From: Lama glama
Taxonomy: Eukaryota
Direction of reading: 5' to 3'
Length of the DNA stretch: 64,000 bases
Assembly (NCBI GenBank): GCA_028534125.1
Contig: CM052832.1
Coordinates: 17,920,001-17,984,000 of the forward strand
Shown here: positions 1 through 13,277 of the stretch, piece by piece
Layout of the letters: every line of letters begins with the position of its first letter
Numbering within the stretch: position 1 is the first letter of the stretch
Made by a program: the position numbers and the translations under genes
The notes under the pieces: generated by a model
Told to the model about the DNA's origin: nothing
What the model saw: only the letters and a program-made list of their open reading frames with translations
Database searches by the model: none

Positions 1-410
1 GATGCCTGGAAGCAGGCGTCCGCCCATCCATGAGCCCCAGGGACAGCCGCACGGAATCGCAGAGCACAAGACCCAGGTTTTCCTCTTCCTCGCTCAGTCC
101 CCAAAAATCTGAGGAATGGTTTTAAAGAAGGAGTGAGTAACGGGTGAGGGAGACTCATTTGTAGCTATATCATCTGACTTTGTCTCCTGATTGAGGAGAT
201 ATGAATTTGCTTGAATAAGCTCAATTTGCTTCCTTTTGGTTTGTGATCTATTCCTATGTTTGAAAACAACCAAATAGCCTCCTTAATCATGGGAATATGC
301 GCGTTCTCACCATAGGAAACGTAATAACCTCTTTTTCTGCCTTCTCTTTAAAGAGGAGGGGAAAAGAGCCTTAGAATAAAATGAGACAGAAATCATGAAG
401 GAAGAAAACA

Positions 411-504
411 TGCTCCAGGTGAGGCTCGAACTCACAACCTCGGCATCACCCGCACATATACTGCTGTATAAGTACCGCGCGCTAACCGATTGCGCCACTG
501 GAGC
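411..504 (-). tRNA. tRNA-Ile(TAT), 20-nt intron at 447-466
   Basis: Reverse complement reads GCTCCAGTGGCGCAATCGGTTAGCGCGCGGTACT-TAT-A[cagcagtatatgtgcgggtg]ATGCCGAGGTTGTGAGTTCGAGCCTCACCTGGAGCA. A T4 terminator follows immediately (AAAA at 405-408). Confidence 0.97.
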
Positions 505-1130
505 ATGCTTTCCCCACGTACTCGGTGCGCACTCTACAGAGCCACGAGCGATGGGCGAGCCGGATCCCACCCACATGCCGGAGCAGGAGCGCACGGCATT
601 GCTGGGGTCCCTCTTCTCCCTACTCTCCTCCGCGGCCTCTGGCCTGGCGAATAAACCACGCTTTGAGCCAGACGCTTCCATCTTTTCCGGAAGCGTGTAT
701 GTGATCCTTCCTCTACGCCACTGAGAATCATCAAGTCCCAGGGATCCAGGGGTGCTCCTTTCAGAAGCCACGAGAGAAGGCTGAGGAGAAAAGGGAACAG
801 ACTCTTGCTCTTCTTCGCCTTGACTCCAAGAAGGGAACGATTTCCGTGGAAGACAACGGGCTATTTGGCTGAGGCGCAGCATCACTGCGCACCGCACGGC
901 TGGTCCGTGATGCTTCCTACCAGACTGAGAACACCAAGGAGCCGAGCCAGCCCGGTCCTAGTTCGGCGCGTCTCCTAGCACCGCCGCGCTCACGGCAGTA
1001 CTACCCGCCTCGCTGTCCAGCACCTCCAGGCTGCGCATCCCAGTTTCACCAAATCCTCCCCGAGCCTGCCTGAAAACCGCATTCGAAGTCATACAGCCAG
1101 CTAGTCCGGCATCTCTTGCGGGAAAACAGC
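505..1130. promoter_or_regulatory. CpG-rich, GC-rich patch upstream of tRNA-Ile(TAT)
   Basis: Visibly high CpG density (cggtgcgc, ccgcgg, cggcgcg, ccgccgcgc) against a CpG-depleted background. Not quantified. Confidence 0.55.
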
Positions 1131-2571
1131 CAGAGTAGTAACCACTCCTTTGTGCTGCACGTTACAGAGGTCAAGGCGATGTCAACCATCCCCACTCCCG
1201 CTCAGCTCCTCCACCTGTTTTGACCTTCTTTAGAGGTTCATTGCTGATAGTTTGCCTCTGCGACATAATGCACACCCAGTATCCTGCCTGGGGCATCTAA
1301 TTATAAAGGCCAGTTTTGTCTGGTTGCTTGCTTGCTTTTGGCCTTGAGAAATTGCAGCTGTCACATACACACGAGATAGGAAGGCTTTTTGCTTTTATGG
1401 AATAAGTCCTATCAGTGAGAAGGAGAAATGTAAGAAGAAAGGAATGGTCTGACTATTCCTGACCACATAGTACCTAACAAACAGGACTATGCATTATAGG
1501 CCAGTGACCAAGTTTCTCCGTACAGACGCATGAAGTGTGGGGGGACAAGTTTCCGCATCTCGATGTCTATTTTGCTGTATTGGGATCATTACATGTGCTT
1601 TAAATAACACCTTAAAGTGAAGAGCAGTGAGAAGCGACAAAGGCTCTTTAATAATGACCATCTCACCACACAGTCCTAGAGAGACTGAGCTCCGTCTGAA
1701 CCTCTAGAGGTAATTTCATCTAAATAACAATAGCAGCCACCGGTTGGATAGAGCTTATTATGGCCCACACAGTGCCCTCGGTGATTTATATAAACGTCAT
1801 GATAGGACCATGGTGTTGTGCCCCAAGTCTGGATCTGGATGAGAAGAACCAGTATCTAGTGAATTACTGTTCTTAAGGCATGAAAACTTACAAGACTCAC
1901 AGTATGTCATTGGATATTAAACTGACTTTCATCAGGGAAGACATGTTATTGACACAACATAGACATTATAAGCATTAAATCTTGTTCATGGAGAAAAAAG
2001 TAGATTGAAAGCAAAGTGTTTTGAATTGTTAACGTTAAAAAAAAAGAATCATCTTCTGACCTCTGCCTACTCTTGCATGGAAGGCTGGCCTGTATGAACT
2101 ATATCATGGGCTCCCCTGTCCTGTAACTTCGACTTGAGTTTTATTCGTGCGAAACTCAGGAGGTCAAAATGAGAGAGGATAGAGAGGTTACAGTATTTAT
2201 TTCTCTGGATTTCTTTCTCTGGGTCAACCTGGTCTGGTTCATCAAAGTGGACATTTTGTTCAAGTTCCAGTAATGGCTCTTTTTCTCTCTTCTTTACTCC
2301 TAAGGGTGGTGACCACCCCCATGTCAGAAGCCCTCTGCTTTGCCCTTCCCCCCAACCTGCCCACACCTTTATTAAACATCCCCTTTATGAAATTCTCCTA
2401 AAATAATCCCAATATAAATGTACTATCTTTTCCATCTTGAGATCTTGATTGATTAAACTATGATACAATTGATAATGTTATGAATGACTTGAAGTAGTTT
2501 TGGGGATAGTACATAATATTATGTTTTGAATACAAGAGAAAAAATGGAAATAAACAGATTTTTAAAATAAT

Positions 2572-3072
2572 TGATTGCATTCAGAACATGCTACCCTGAA
2601 ATATGGCAACTCAGTATATCAAATAATATTTTAAGCCAAAAGAGTTTGAGGAAAATGGCAGAAGCAGGAGGGTCGAATTGACCCTCCCTCTGTCCTTCTC
2701 TCTGAAAGCAGAACATAAAATCCTCATATGAGAGGTACCCAGAGGAAAGGAGCATCCTTACCTCCAAAGATAAAGGGACTCTGTGAAGAATCCAAATAAA
2801 CATTTCCCCCAGTTCACCACACTTACCTCATATTCTTTGACCTGTCATATTTCTTCATGACTGGTCACTTTTCATCAAACCTAGTATAAAAATACCCAGG
2901 TTTAACCATGTTTTGGGGTCTTTGTTTTCTTCTGAAGACTCTCATGTCATGTAAAACTTACATTAAATACATGTATGTGCTTTTCTCCTGTAGTCTATCT
3001 TTATCATTTTAATTTTCACACCCAGCCAGTGAACGTAAAAGGGTCAAGGAAAACTTTTTTCTCTTCCCTACA
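2572..3072. mobile_element. Probable solo LTR (ERV1/MER-type)
   Basis: About 500 bp with TG...CA ends, a TATA-like tataaaa (2886) and attaaa near the 3' part. Family judged by resemblance only. Confidence 0.5.
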
Positions 3073-4587
3073 TAATAGTAATATAAATACAGAAAAACCA
3101 CTGGGTCTTTAACCTGCTTATCAAGAAACAGGTGAAGATTTGGTAGCAACTGAAATGTCCTGTTAAAGTCATCTCAATAGGTAATACTACTCAAATTCTC
3201 TCTCATAACGATGATTCTGATGAACCCAAGATTCCAGACTCTCATCATTCTGTTCTAGAATGAATCACATATGGCTGTACTTCATTTGCCATTTGAGAAA
3301 AATGATAAGACTTTTTATAACCTGAGAAAAATGTCATTTATGTTTGGATGTATCTTCTTTTCACAAATCTTTAAGACCATATTAATAAAGTGAAAATGCT
3401 GAAATAGTATTTTAAACATTTCAGGCTTGACTCCATGTACTTCTGGGGCACAACAAAATTTCCAAGCATACTGAAGACTTCTCTCTCACTCAATATTTTT
3501 AAAAAGGTTGTTTACAACCCTGGAGGAGCTTGAAAGTTGCCTAAAATCATACCCAATTCTCACTCCTAGAGACTGATTTTACTGGTCTGAGATAGAACCT
3601 AGGAGTCAATCTTTGATTGAGGAGTCCTCTTTGATTCTGATAATCATATACAGTTCCTGTCTCTAGATTTAAGAAAATAAATAAAAGTAAGAAAAATAAT
3701 TGGATCCCTCATAAATACTCAAATTGGAGAAAAGGCAAAAGTCATAAATAAATTTTAAAGACTCACCTAAAGAATGAACAATTAAGAGCACCAATCTAAA
3801 AGAAACATTTTGGAAATTGACCCAGATTGCCAGGTTTTCTCTGTACGTGACCTCAGGTTGCTTCATAGAAAGCATTGGTTAGGCAAAAATACTGAAGACA
3901 AGCACTAGTATCCTCCAGTTTGGAGGGGAGGAGATTGCAGGAGAAACGGTGGGCAGAAATGCATTCCAGGAAGAAGTTGCACAATATCCCTCTAGACCAG
4001 AAACCCATCTCCCTTAATACTGTCTACAAGAGAGAAAAATAGCCAGACCTCACTATTTTGCCATTCTCTCTCTAAGATAGAGTTAGGAAAGTCTTGGAGG
4101 AAGAATTATCCAGAATGAATGACTTCCAAGAAAAGACCAAAGCTTGGCAGGACACAAACTATAAAGGAAAATACTGTAGAAATACGGGTCGGTTAATGAA
4201 AGATGGCCAGAAAGTCTGAAGCCCCTCCTAGCACTCGGGGGAGATTCCATCATATACAAGATCAAAGAAAGCTTAAGATTCCCTTTTTCTCTCCACCTCA
4301 CCCGTCACCCCAAGTTGAGGTTGGAGGCAGGAAGAGAGAGGATTGGTGGAGGGTTATGTTCTGAGGCTAATTATCTCTGACAACTTCAAACCAACAATTT
4401 CACCTAAATAGAACAATCTAAAACAGACAAGTTAGAGTTTTCCTGGTATGACCACTAAACAATATTTCACAGACTTGTATCAGTCAGAGGAATTCCTTTC
4501 TGAAAGAGCTCATTTTTGGTTTTAGGTTTTTGATGTCAAGGAAACACACCCCTCAAAATCATCTCAGCAAAGTGGAAAAGACTCTGA

Positions 4588-4660
4588 AGGCCCCAGTGAG
4601 ATTCGAACTCACGACCCCTGGTTTACGAGACCAGTGCTCTAACCCCTGAGCTACGGAGCC
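4588..4660 (-). tRNA. tRNA-Thr(CGT)
   Basis: Reverse complement reads GGCTCCGTAGCTCAGGGGTTAGAGCACTGGTCT-CGT-AAACCAGGGGTCGTGAGTTCGAATCTCACTGGGGCCT. All stems pair, and TTTT lies about 8 nt downstream. Confidence 0.95.
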
Positions 4661-6169
4661 TGAGTTGGTGGGCTTTTTAACTCCTTTCCTAAAGCAGATT
4701 ATATATTGAAATCTTTAAGTTTTTGTTTTGTTTCTATTCATCTCTAGAAGATTTGACGCTCTATCCCAAACCCCCTTCCCAATTTTCTGGGCTGTGGTCA
4801 AGCAAATTCACTCACTCTCTGATACTTTTAACATCCCATTCGACAGGCTTTTGTCAAAGGAAGTACAGGATCTCTAAATCCACCTCTGAGAGTTTTGCCT
4901 GAGTCCAGGGCTGTCCAGCGTCAGAAATTGCACGTTGAGCGGAGTGGGGAATTAGCAGCTTGCCCATCTGCCAAGATGCGGAGTTTGAGGAGAGAACTAC
5001 GCTGCCACCTGATTTTAGTTACAGCCGCGCCCTCTGCTCTGCGGTACCTTTCGCTCTCATTGAAGCTCAGATATTCCAGACTTCAGTTCTTAGAGCCTTG
5101 GGAGAAAACAGGCGAGACCTGTCTCCAATTCCTCGATTTCAGATATCAGAAGAGAGACTGAGAGGTGAAGGTAAAGGATGAGGCCAGCAGGAAAGAGGAA
5201 ATAGATAACAGAAGCTGAAGAGAGGCTCTGTCTACTGTAGCCTAGTCTTTGAAGCTGAAATATCTTTTGGAGCCTCGATCTGGGGCATGAAGAAAGGGTC
5301 ATGTTTCTCCTTCTCCACTGGGCGTCGCTGAAATCCAAAAAGAAAAGTTTTGTCCCCAAGGAGCAAATGTATCCTAAAACTGCTAATTTCCACCCTGGTA
5401 AAGGGGCTGTGAGGGTTACCAGAAAAGCCGTTTGGGGACTCAGCATGGACCAGCAACAGTCATAATGAAAAGAGACCAGGCAAAGAAAACTCAACTGCAA
5501 ATACCAAGTCTCCTGTCCCAAGTCAGGGGCCCTGTGCATTTGAAACAAAGAAAGGATTGTTTCCTGTATACTTTCAGGATTTGATAGCTGGCTCATAAAG
5601 AAACCCCAGTCACGTTACTATAGGCATCTAGGAAAAGCTAGGTGACACATTGCCTGGAAATGTCCTTAGCTAGATCACCAAATCCAATAGGTATGTTTCC
5701 GACTTTCCACATTACCATGGCAACGGTGTTGCTAATCTTTGTGCCACTAGATAACAAAGGTCTCCTTTCCTCCAGTTTCTAATAACATTTTCCCTCACTG
5801 TCCTTTAATCATCACTGACTTTGGGACCAGATGGCAAGACCAGCAACAGGAAGACATTGTCTTCAGGACTTTTCAGTAACATTCTCCTCAAGATCTTTCT
5901 GGTTTTTACCTGCTGCCCAGTCCCAACAAGATCTAGATCTTAGCTAGGGGTTGGGTGAAGAGTAGAGGGCTCTTCCTTCTGTACTTTGTCTCAGCCTTGG
6001 GTGAAGGGACACTTCCTAAGGTGTTTTATCAGCCCCAGGGGCGGTGACTGCTTCTTATATCTGCTATTCCTATATTCTTTAATATTCTCTCTAATTTTTA
6101 TTAGCCAATTCCTTGTTTCTCCAATCACTTCTTCAGTTAATAATTCTCTATATTCAACTTCCCCTGTTC

Positions 6170-6460
6170 ATTATAAGATAAATAGTTCTGGAGATGTAAT
6201 GTACACCATGACAACTGTAGTTAACAGTATGGTATTGTATATTTGGAAGTTGCTAACAGTAGATTATAAAAGTTCTTATCACAAGGAAAAAAATGTAACT
6301 ATGTGAGGTGATAGATGTTAACCAAATACATTGTGGTAATTATTTTGCAATATATATATATATATATGAAATCATGATGTTGTACAACTTAAACTTATAC
6401 AGTATTATATGTCAAGTATATTTCAATAAAACTGGAAAAATGAATAAATAAACAAACAAA
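6170..6460 (+). mobile_element. L1 3' UTR fragment (L1MA/L1MB-like)
   Basis: Typical old L1 3' end (gatgtaatgtacaccatgacaactgtagttaa...tatatgtcaagtatatttcaataaaactggaaaaa) followed by an A-rich tail. Confidence 0.75.
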
Positions 6461-6519
6461 TAAACAACTTTCCCTGTCAAATTATTGGTTTATCTCTCCT
6501 GGTTGGACCAAGACTGATC

Positions 6520-7075
6520 CATACCTATTGATGCATAACAAATCCTACTAAAACTTAATGGCTTAACTTAAAAACTATCATTTACCTGTACTCACAGATT
6601 TGTTAGTTCTCACAGAATTTGGGCAGAGCAAAATGGGGGACAGCTTGTGTCTGCTCCATGATTTCTAGAAACTCAACTGGAAGACTGGAAGACTAGGGTA
6701 GGAAATCACCTGAAGGGTCAGTTACTCCAATGTCTGGCTTTGCTGCTGGCTGTGGGCTGGAGGCTTCAGTTCTTCACTACATGGTCTCTCCCTGTGGCCT
6801 AATTTGGGCTTCCTCACAGTGTGATGGCTAGGTTCTGGGGAAAAATATTTTGAGAGAAAACTGTTGGAAGTTTCTATCACCTTTTGCAACCTAGCACTGG
6901 AAGTCATGCAGCATCTCTTCCATCATAGTCACAGGACTATCCAGATTCAAGGGGAGGGAACACAGACATCCTGCCCCTCCCTATCTCTGGAAGTAAATGG
7001 GTCAAAATTGCATTAAAAGAAAAACGCATGACATGAGATATATTGGTATGGCCATCTTCAGAAAATTTGCTACAG
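6520..7075. mobile_element. MaLR LTR (MLT1-like) remnant
   Basis: Motifs such as gcataacaaatcctactaaaacttaatggctt, ctctccctgtggcctaatttgggcttcctcacag and agattcaaggggagggaa resemble MLT1 consensus text. Confidence 0.6.
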
Positions 7076-8579
7076 GCATTTTAATGGCTGAGCTCTAACC
7101 ACTTAGAGGCCTCTATTACCTCAGATTTCATGTATCCAGTGTTCTTGGTCTTGCAAAGAAAAATTTGAGAAATTAGAGTAAATTAATATTAATATCAAGC
7201 AGATGTCTAGGAAACATACTACCCAGAAGTTCATAAGATATTGACTGTGAAGGGCCTTGCAAGAATCAATCTATTAAGGAAAACTGAATTATGATGCATT
7301 TTAGTCCCAATTTTAAATTTACATTACATTTTGGTAATACTTATTTTCAAGTATCCCAAATATTTTAAACCTGTATTCAGAGGTTTTCATTTCTACAAAA
7401 ATAAATATAAATAGATTTGAATGATCTATAGAAATATAACTATGCTTCAAGGAATAGGAAGCAATAGTACAAAGATTCAACATATGTATATATTAAAGTA
7501 TTCACTGAAATTTTGCAGACTGTTGTAGTTGTACAGTTAGCATAGAGAAAAAATACATTCACAATAAAAAGAGTAAAATCTACAAACAATAACCTAAATT
7601 TTAAAGAGATGTTTCCCACTTATTTTTAGGGTAATAGATGAAGAAATTAAAAATTTAGAAGTGATAGCTCTTAAATTTAAGTGTACTATAGACTTAGACT
7701 TTACAGCCTAATTATAGAAACTTGGTGATATTCCTGATTATCAGAATTTTAAATTTCTTCTCTCCTTTAAACTATGAATAATCATTGCAGCAAGGATGTT
7801 TCTTTTCTTTTTTGGATATTTCATTTTCAGTCATTTAAACATATTTTTCAGTCATAAAAAGTAAACATTGTGTTTCAGAATAGCTGCAGTCGCCCAAGAT
7901 GGGTAATATTTACTGAAAAGCATCTGAGAGCTCTAGAGAGAGGAAAGGTAGGATTATTATTGTAGAGCACAAGCAACTCTGCAGGACAGAAGACGGTGAT
8001 GGGTACTGAACTGTATAGTGAAATGAATGATGTAAGTAAGGCTTCAGGCGATAAAAATCACAGTCTGGATGGATTGAGAACAAGAGGAATGACCTTCTCT
8101 TGTCCAGAGCAGTGGAGTTGGCCATTTAATCACTGAAAGTTTCCAACGATCCTGGGCCAGCATCGAACTGGCCCTGCTAGATGAGAGTTTGAGTCACAAA
8201 GAACACAGTGACCCTGGGTCCAGGTCACAGGTCGGGGTCAGGGCATAAGAGGAGATTTGCACGAGGTGAGACCGGGTCTGGTGGGAGGAGGGGGGTGGGG
8301 GTAGTGGGTAGAACGCAGGGGACTGAGCTGGGAGTACTGGGGGAGGAGGAGGGACAGGGAGGGGGTGCCGCTCAATACCCTGGTACCCCGGTCTCCAGGG
8401 CTGAAATAATTATTTAGGTCTGCATTCATGCTTGTGCTCGTCTGCCTTTCTCTTTCTCAGTCTCTAAACTCAGAACTCCCGCCGAATCTGATAAATCTCA
8501 GAAACTTTTTTCTGGGATGCAGCAATGTGTAATCCTTCAGAGTCTACAGAATGATCTATTTGAGTGACACGAACTGTGT

Positions 8580-8686
8580 GTCAGGATGGCCGAGTGGTCT
8601 AAGGCGCCAGACTCAAGCGTTCGCTTCCCGCTACTGGGGATTCTGGTCTCCGAATGGAGGCGTGGGTTCGAATCCCACTTCTGACA
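8580..8686 (+). tRNA. tRNA-Leu(CAA), 23-nt intron at 8618-8640
   Basis: GTCAGGATGGCCGAGTGGTCTAAGGCGCCAGACT-CAA-G[intron]TTCTGGTCTCCGAATGGAGGCGTGGGTTCGAATCCCACTTCTGACA, with TTTT at about 8693. Confidence 0.97.
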
Positions 8687-9483
8687 CATTCGTTTTGTTC
8701 CTGCCACGTTTAGTTCAAGCGTTTCACTTTGGACACCTCATAATTAAACCCTCGATACCTCAAATATTCCCCACCCCGACACTCGAAGATGAGGAACTTC
8801 CAGTTAGAGAATCCTGGGAAACTTTCAAAGCCATGTGGAGGCAACCTCCAGTGCTGCCTTAGGAGATACTGTCTTCCCAGGAAAAAAAGTGCCATAACAT
8901 GTGGTCTTTTCCTTAGCAGGTCAACTGACCAGTCATCCTTACTTGGATCTTGGGTTTTTACTGTGGGAGAATCCTTTTCTGCACACGAAAAAGAATATGT
9001 TATACAGTTGCAACAAAACGTTTCCTTTATCACCTTCCTATATCATCTCTAAACTCTAAGAAGGAAATTGCTCAAGATCATGACACTGCTGAAAACACTT
9101 TTAGCTCATCAATAGCAAAGAAATGCTCATGCTGTTAAAATTAAATAAACTGATAGCTCCCTCTGAGATTTCTTTGCAGAATGATGTGATTTAGATGTCT
9201 TTTCTTCCATTCTATGAAGGTGAAAAAATGCATTCTATGAAGTTCTTCATAGGCTAAGATCTTGGTCTTGCTATAGTGTGTGTTCTGGGTGCACCAGGTC
9301 CTTGGTGAGCATAGGCCAGGGTGGAGCTACTGGTGGGGGACATACTTATTGGCAGAAAGGGCAGAACTACTGGGTGACACTCCAGTGCCCAGAGGGACCA
9401 AGACTGAAAGGCAACAGTGGGATTTCAAGAAGGCTGAAAGGCGAAGATCTTTGAAGGAGTGTGCCAAGAACAAAATTAAGTCT

Positions 9484-9591
9484 TGTCAGAAGTGGGATTT
9501 GAACCCACGCCTCCATATGGAGACCAGGGGCCCCAAGAAGAGGAAGACAGAAGCTTGAGTCTGGCACCTTAGACCACTCGGCCATCCTGAC
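9484..9591 (-). tRNA. Divergent tRNA-Leu(CAA), 24-nt intron at 9530-9553; possibly a pseudogene
   Basis: Full-length Leu-CAA body. Exon 2 starts CCCTGG instead of TTCTGG (g9528, g9529), giving an anticodon-stem mismatch. Also AAGGTG for AAGGCG and GTTCAAAT in the T loop. Confidence 0.85.
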
Positions 9592-10619
9592 ATGACAACT
9601 ATACCTTGAAATTGATATCAACTGTGTCAATGACTGGAGTCTGTTGCATGCAGGAAGGAGAGGAACAAGCTATTCCTAGAATCTACAGGAGCAAACCAAG
9701 TGTTAGCGCTGTCTGCGAAACTGAAAGACAGGAAAGGAGGAGTTTTACAATGAAGAGGTCCCCTGAATGACAGAATTAATGCTGCTCTGAAGACTGGGAG
9801 CCCACATCATCTACCTTGAGTCTATTTCTCCCACTCCATCCCTGCTGACCAGAGTTACAACACCAACTTTAAGGAGTAGGGGACTTAGGATATAGATTTC
9901 ATTGGCCCAAGTTGCAACTCCAGTCTTTCAGGGGCTTTCCCCATGTTCACAGTGTCTCTGGCCACAGTATCTCACAGTATTTCATCTTAAATAGTTTACT
10001 AGTGGGGACTGGGTCTGTGAGTGAGACTTAAAGATTCCCTGTACAATAGTGTTTTTAGCATCTTAAAAGTTTTTGCAAGGTTCCCCCAGCAGTCTTGAAT
10101 ATTATTGCATAAACCCTTCATTTCCTTCCTCAAGGTTCCCCTCTTCCACTACCTCTTTCCTGCTCTCCACTCCCTTCTCCCCTCTCCTCTTCCCTCTTCC
10201 CTTTCCTTCCATTGCCCTTTTCTCTCTCCCTTTAACTTATCTTCCCACCTTGCATTCTTTCTGCCTACAGTGAAAGGAGGGATGCGAAGTGAAGAGGCAG
10301 GGTGTCGTTTATTACAGGACACATAATAAGAGAAATATAGAACATGGAGGACTAAAATAAGGCCTTCACCTTGGTTCAAAATCTCTACTGAGTTTTGAAA
10401 AAAAAAGTTTTTTAAAAATCTTTCCCACTTTGGTTAAGGTGAGAGGTATTCAGCCAATGTTTACTTTCCTTTCCGTCCTATAGTAGTTTTTAGTTAGTCC
10501 CCCAAATTAATAATCATCAGAAACTTCTCATTTCCTACAGAGGACAATCCAAATACATATGCACGAACTGGCAAAAAACTATTGAAAAATCCTATTTTGT
10601 GTGCACAGCAATCAGGGGT

Positions 10620-10630
10620 GAGTTTTTCTG

Positions 10631-10661
<31 letters not shown>

Positions 10662-10694
10662 GGTTTGGTTTGGTTTGTTTTGGTTTGGTTTTGG
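10620..10694. repeat. (TTTTG)n/(TTTGG)n simple repeat
   Basis: Directly visible. Confidence 0.85.
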
Positions 10695-12639
10695 TCTTCA
10701 TATAGGAACCTAAAATACTCTTTTAAAAGCAATGCAAAACAGTAGAAAAGGTAAGCATCTGGAATCAGATGTGTATGTTTGAATTCAAGCTTCATTACAT
10801 AAAAGTGTGATGTGTGATGTTTTATATTATTTTGACAATCTGTGAACATTTCCTTTATCTCTAAATTTAGGAGGAAATCCCAATCTCAGGATTCTTTAGG
10901 TATTAAAAAGAATTTATGTAGGCAATTTCCTTAGCAAACTGTGACAAGTATCAATTGCTCATTCACCTTCACATTTCTATATACAATCTCTGGCATTTAG
11001 ATGGTGTTGCAACAACTGAAATTTCCTGCTTCACTGCTTTTTTGAGCTATGGTGTTCTTCCTTCCAAACACTTAGAAGATGTGCTCTGAACCCTCCTTTT
11101 CTGCCAATTAATAACCTTTCAAACATAACAGCTCTCCTTTCTCCTTGGTCATGTGCTCTGTCATTCAGCCCTTGACATCCCAGTCAGGACTTTTCTCTTT
11201 CTCTTTTGAGCTCTCCAAACATATTGGTGTTATCAGTCAAATGAAAGGCTGAAAACTTGACTTTCAAACAAATATAATATGAATACAGTGTCAAAGATTT
11301 CATATATTTCACTGATTAGCAGTAAGCTGATAAAACTGCTTCAAAGGAGAAAATGAAGAACTAACAAAACACAATCAAAAAGGCTGAAATAGATTTGCTA
11401 ATAGAAGCAAAGTTGGTTAATATCATACAGAGCAATAAAACTTAAGACTGGAATTATTTCTTCTACTGGGCGAAAATTGTGTCTCAACTGAACAAATTCC
11501 TTTGCATTGATGTAGACATGAATCTTTCGCATTATTATCACTTTTCTATGACTTAACTTCTACCACCATAGAGCTCTAGAATAGCCTAATGGATAGAAAA
11601 ATGTGCATGCTCCTATAAAGTCATATAATTCCTGGATGGTCTGCTAGACAATGCCTAACACTTCACTAAAGCAAGGTCCCAGTCATTTATGTTGTCCATT
11701 TTTAAATCTTTGACAAGTTTTCCTGACATATATGACACCTTATATATATATAGATTAACAATAAGCTAATTAGGAGACTGTTAGTGGAGTTGAACGCATG
11801 TTTGATCAGATCACTTAGTTCTGACTCTCATCTTATTTTACCTATTTGTAAAACTGAGGGGTTATGTATTTAATTTCAGTGCTGTAGTCAGGTGGAACAT
11901 TTTAAAGTCTTTATGCTTTCCTCCATTTACATGCTTTCTAATGGATTCTTATGTTTCCAAGACGAATAAAAACAAATGTATTATTCTGCTTTTGTTCTGA
12001 GTCTTTCATCTACCCCTCCCTACTTAATTACTTAAAATATCAGATTGTGTAGTATAAAGGGAATTCAAAATCAGCAGGCTCTCCAGAAGGTATGTGATTT
12101 TTATTTCTCAAGCCCAATACAATGTGCAGGTCAATTTAAATGGTCAAAATCTGGCAGACCAGAGAGATAGTCAAGGTCACTAAAGACTCCACAGTTTGAC
12201 TGAAGTAACTAACTCCACATTAATCCCTTCAGGGGGCTTCTTGAAGCTTTCATTTGTAAGCTTCACTTACCTGTTAGGATAAAGAGCAGTAAAAATACAT
12301 TTCCTACAAACTACATGTGTGCACTTGAAAGAAGTTTTAAGAGCCCCTGAACAGAGACGGGGGCCCCTTAGAACATAAAAAGTTAGTCAGTGATGGATGT
12401 TGTTTTCACAAAGTCACAAAGTCACAAAGTCATGGAATTTCCTCATAAGCCAGAAATCAATTGAATAAAGACTCTTCTGCAAGTGAGTCCCACTTACTCA
12501 AGGTAGTTAGAAATTGACTTGAAAAGAGAACACATTCTGAAATAAATATATAACGTGGAGTTAGTATCTCCACATCTAAGTTAAATTCCTTGAAGCATCT
12601 TGGAGCAGTAACCTTTTCTTGTTTTCTTTTAAGTCCTCT

Positions 12640-12790
12640 AGGCCAGTGCTTTTCTCACTTTAATGAGCTTACAAATCACCTGAGAATCTGGTTAAAATGC
12701 AGATTCTTATTTAAAAGGTTTAACATACATAAGAATCACCTGAAGTGACTGTTAAAGTACAGATTCCTGGGCTCCACTCCCAGGAGATAA
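12640..12790. mobile_element. MER5-like hAT DNA transposon fragments
   Basis: cagtgcttttctcacttt...aatcacctgagaatctggttaaaatgcagattc, and a second copy aatcacctgaagtgactgttaaagtacagattcctgggctccactcccagg. Confidence 0.6.
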
Positions 12791-13277
12791 AGTTGACCCT
12801 CCATATCCCCAGGTGCTGCATTCCAAAATTTGAACAACTCAGATAAAAAATATTCAAAAAATTCCAGAAATTTCCAAAAAGCTAAATTTGCACTGCACTG
12901 GCAACTACTTACATAGCATTTACATCATATTTACAACTATTTACACTTGCCCCTCAGTATCCTCTGCAGTGTGGGGGTGAGAAGGATTGGTTCCAGGACA
13001 CCCAAGGGTACCAAAATCTGAGGATGCTCAAGTCCTTCATATAAAATAGCATAGTATTTGCATATTACCTATGCATTACCTTCCATATAATTCAAATGAT
13101 CCCTAAATTGCTTATAACACCAAAACAATGTAAATGTTATGTAAGTAGTTGCCAACACATGGCAAATGTCAATTTTACTTTTTGAAACTCCCTGAAAAAA
13201 ATTTTTTAAAAATATTTTTGAGCTGAGTTTGGTTGAATTTGCTGATGTGAACCCAGGGATAGGAGGTTCGACTATAC
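12791..13277. mobile_element. Tigger/MER2-group (TcMar) DNA transposon remnant
   Basis: Imperfect terminal inverted repeats (agttgaccctccatatccc ... gggataggaggttcgactata) and an internal ccaaaatctgaggatgctcaagtccttcatataaaatagcatagtatttgcat motif. Confidence 0.65.

Noticed and set aside
307..897. 196-aa and 109-aa ORFs
   Set aside because: They overlap tRNA-Ile and GC-rich DNA with few stop codons, and resemble no protein family I recognise.
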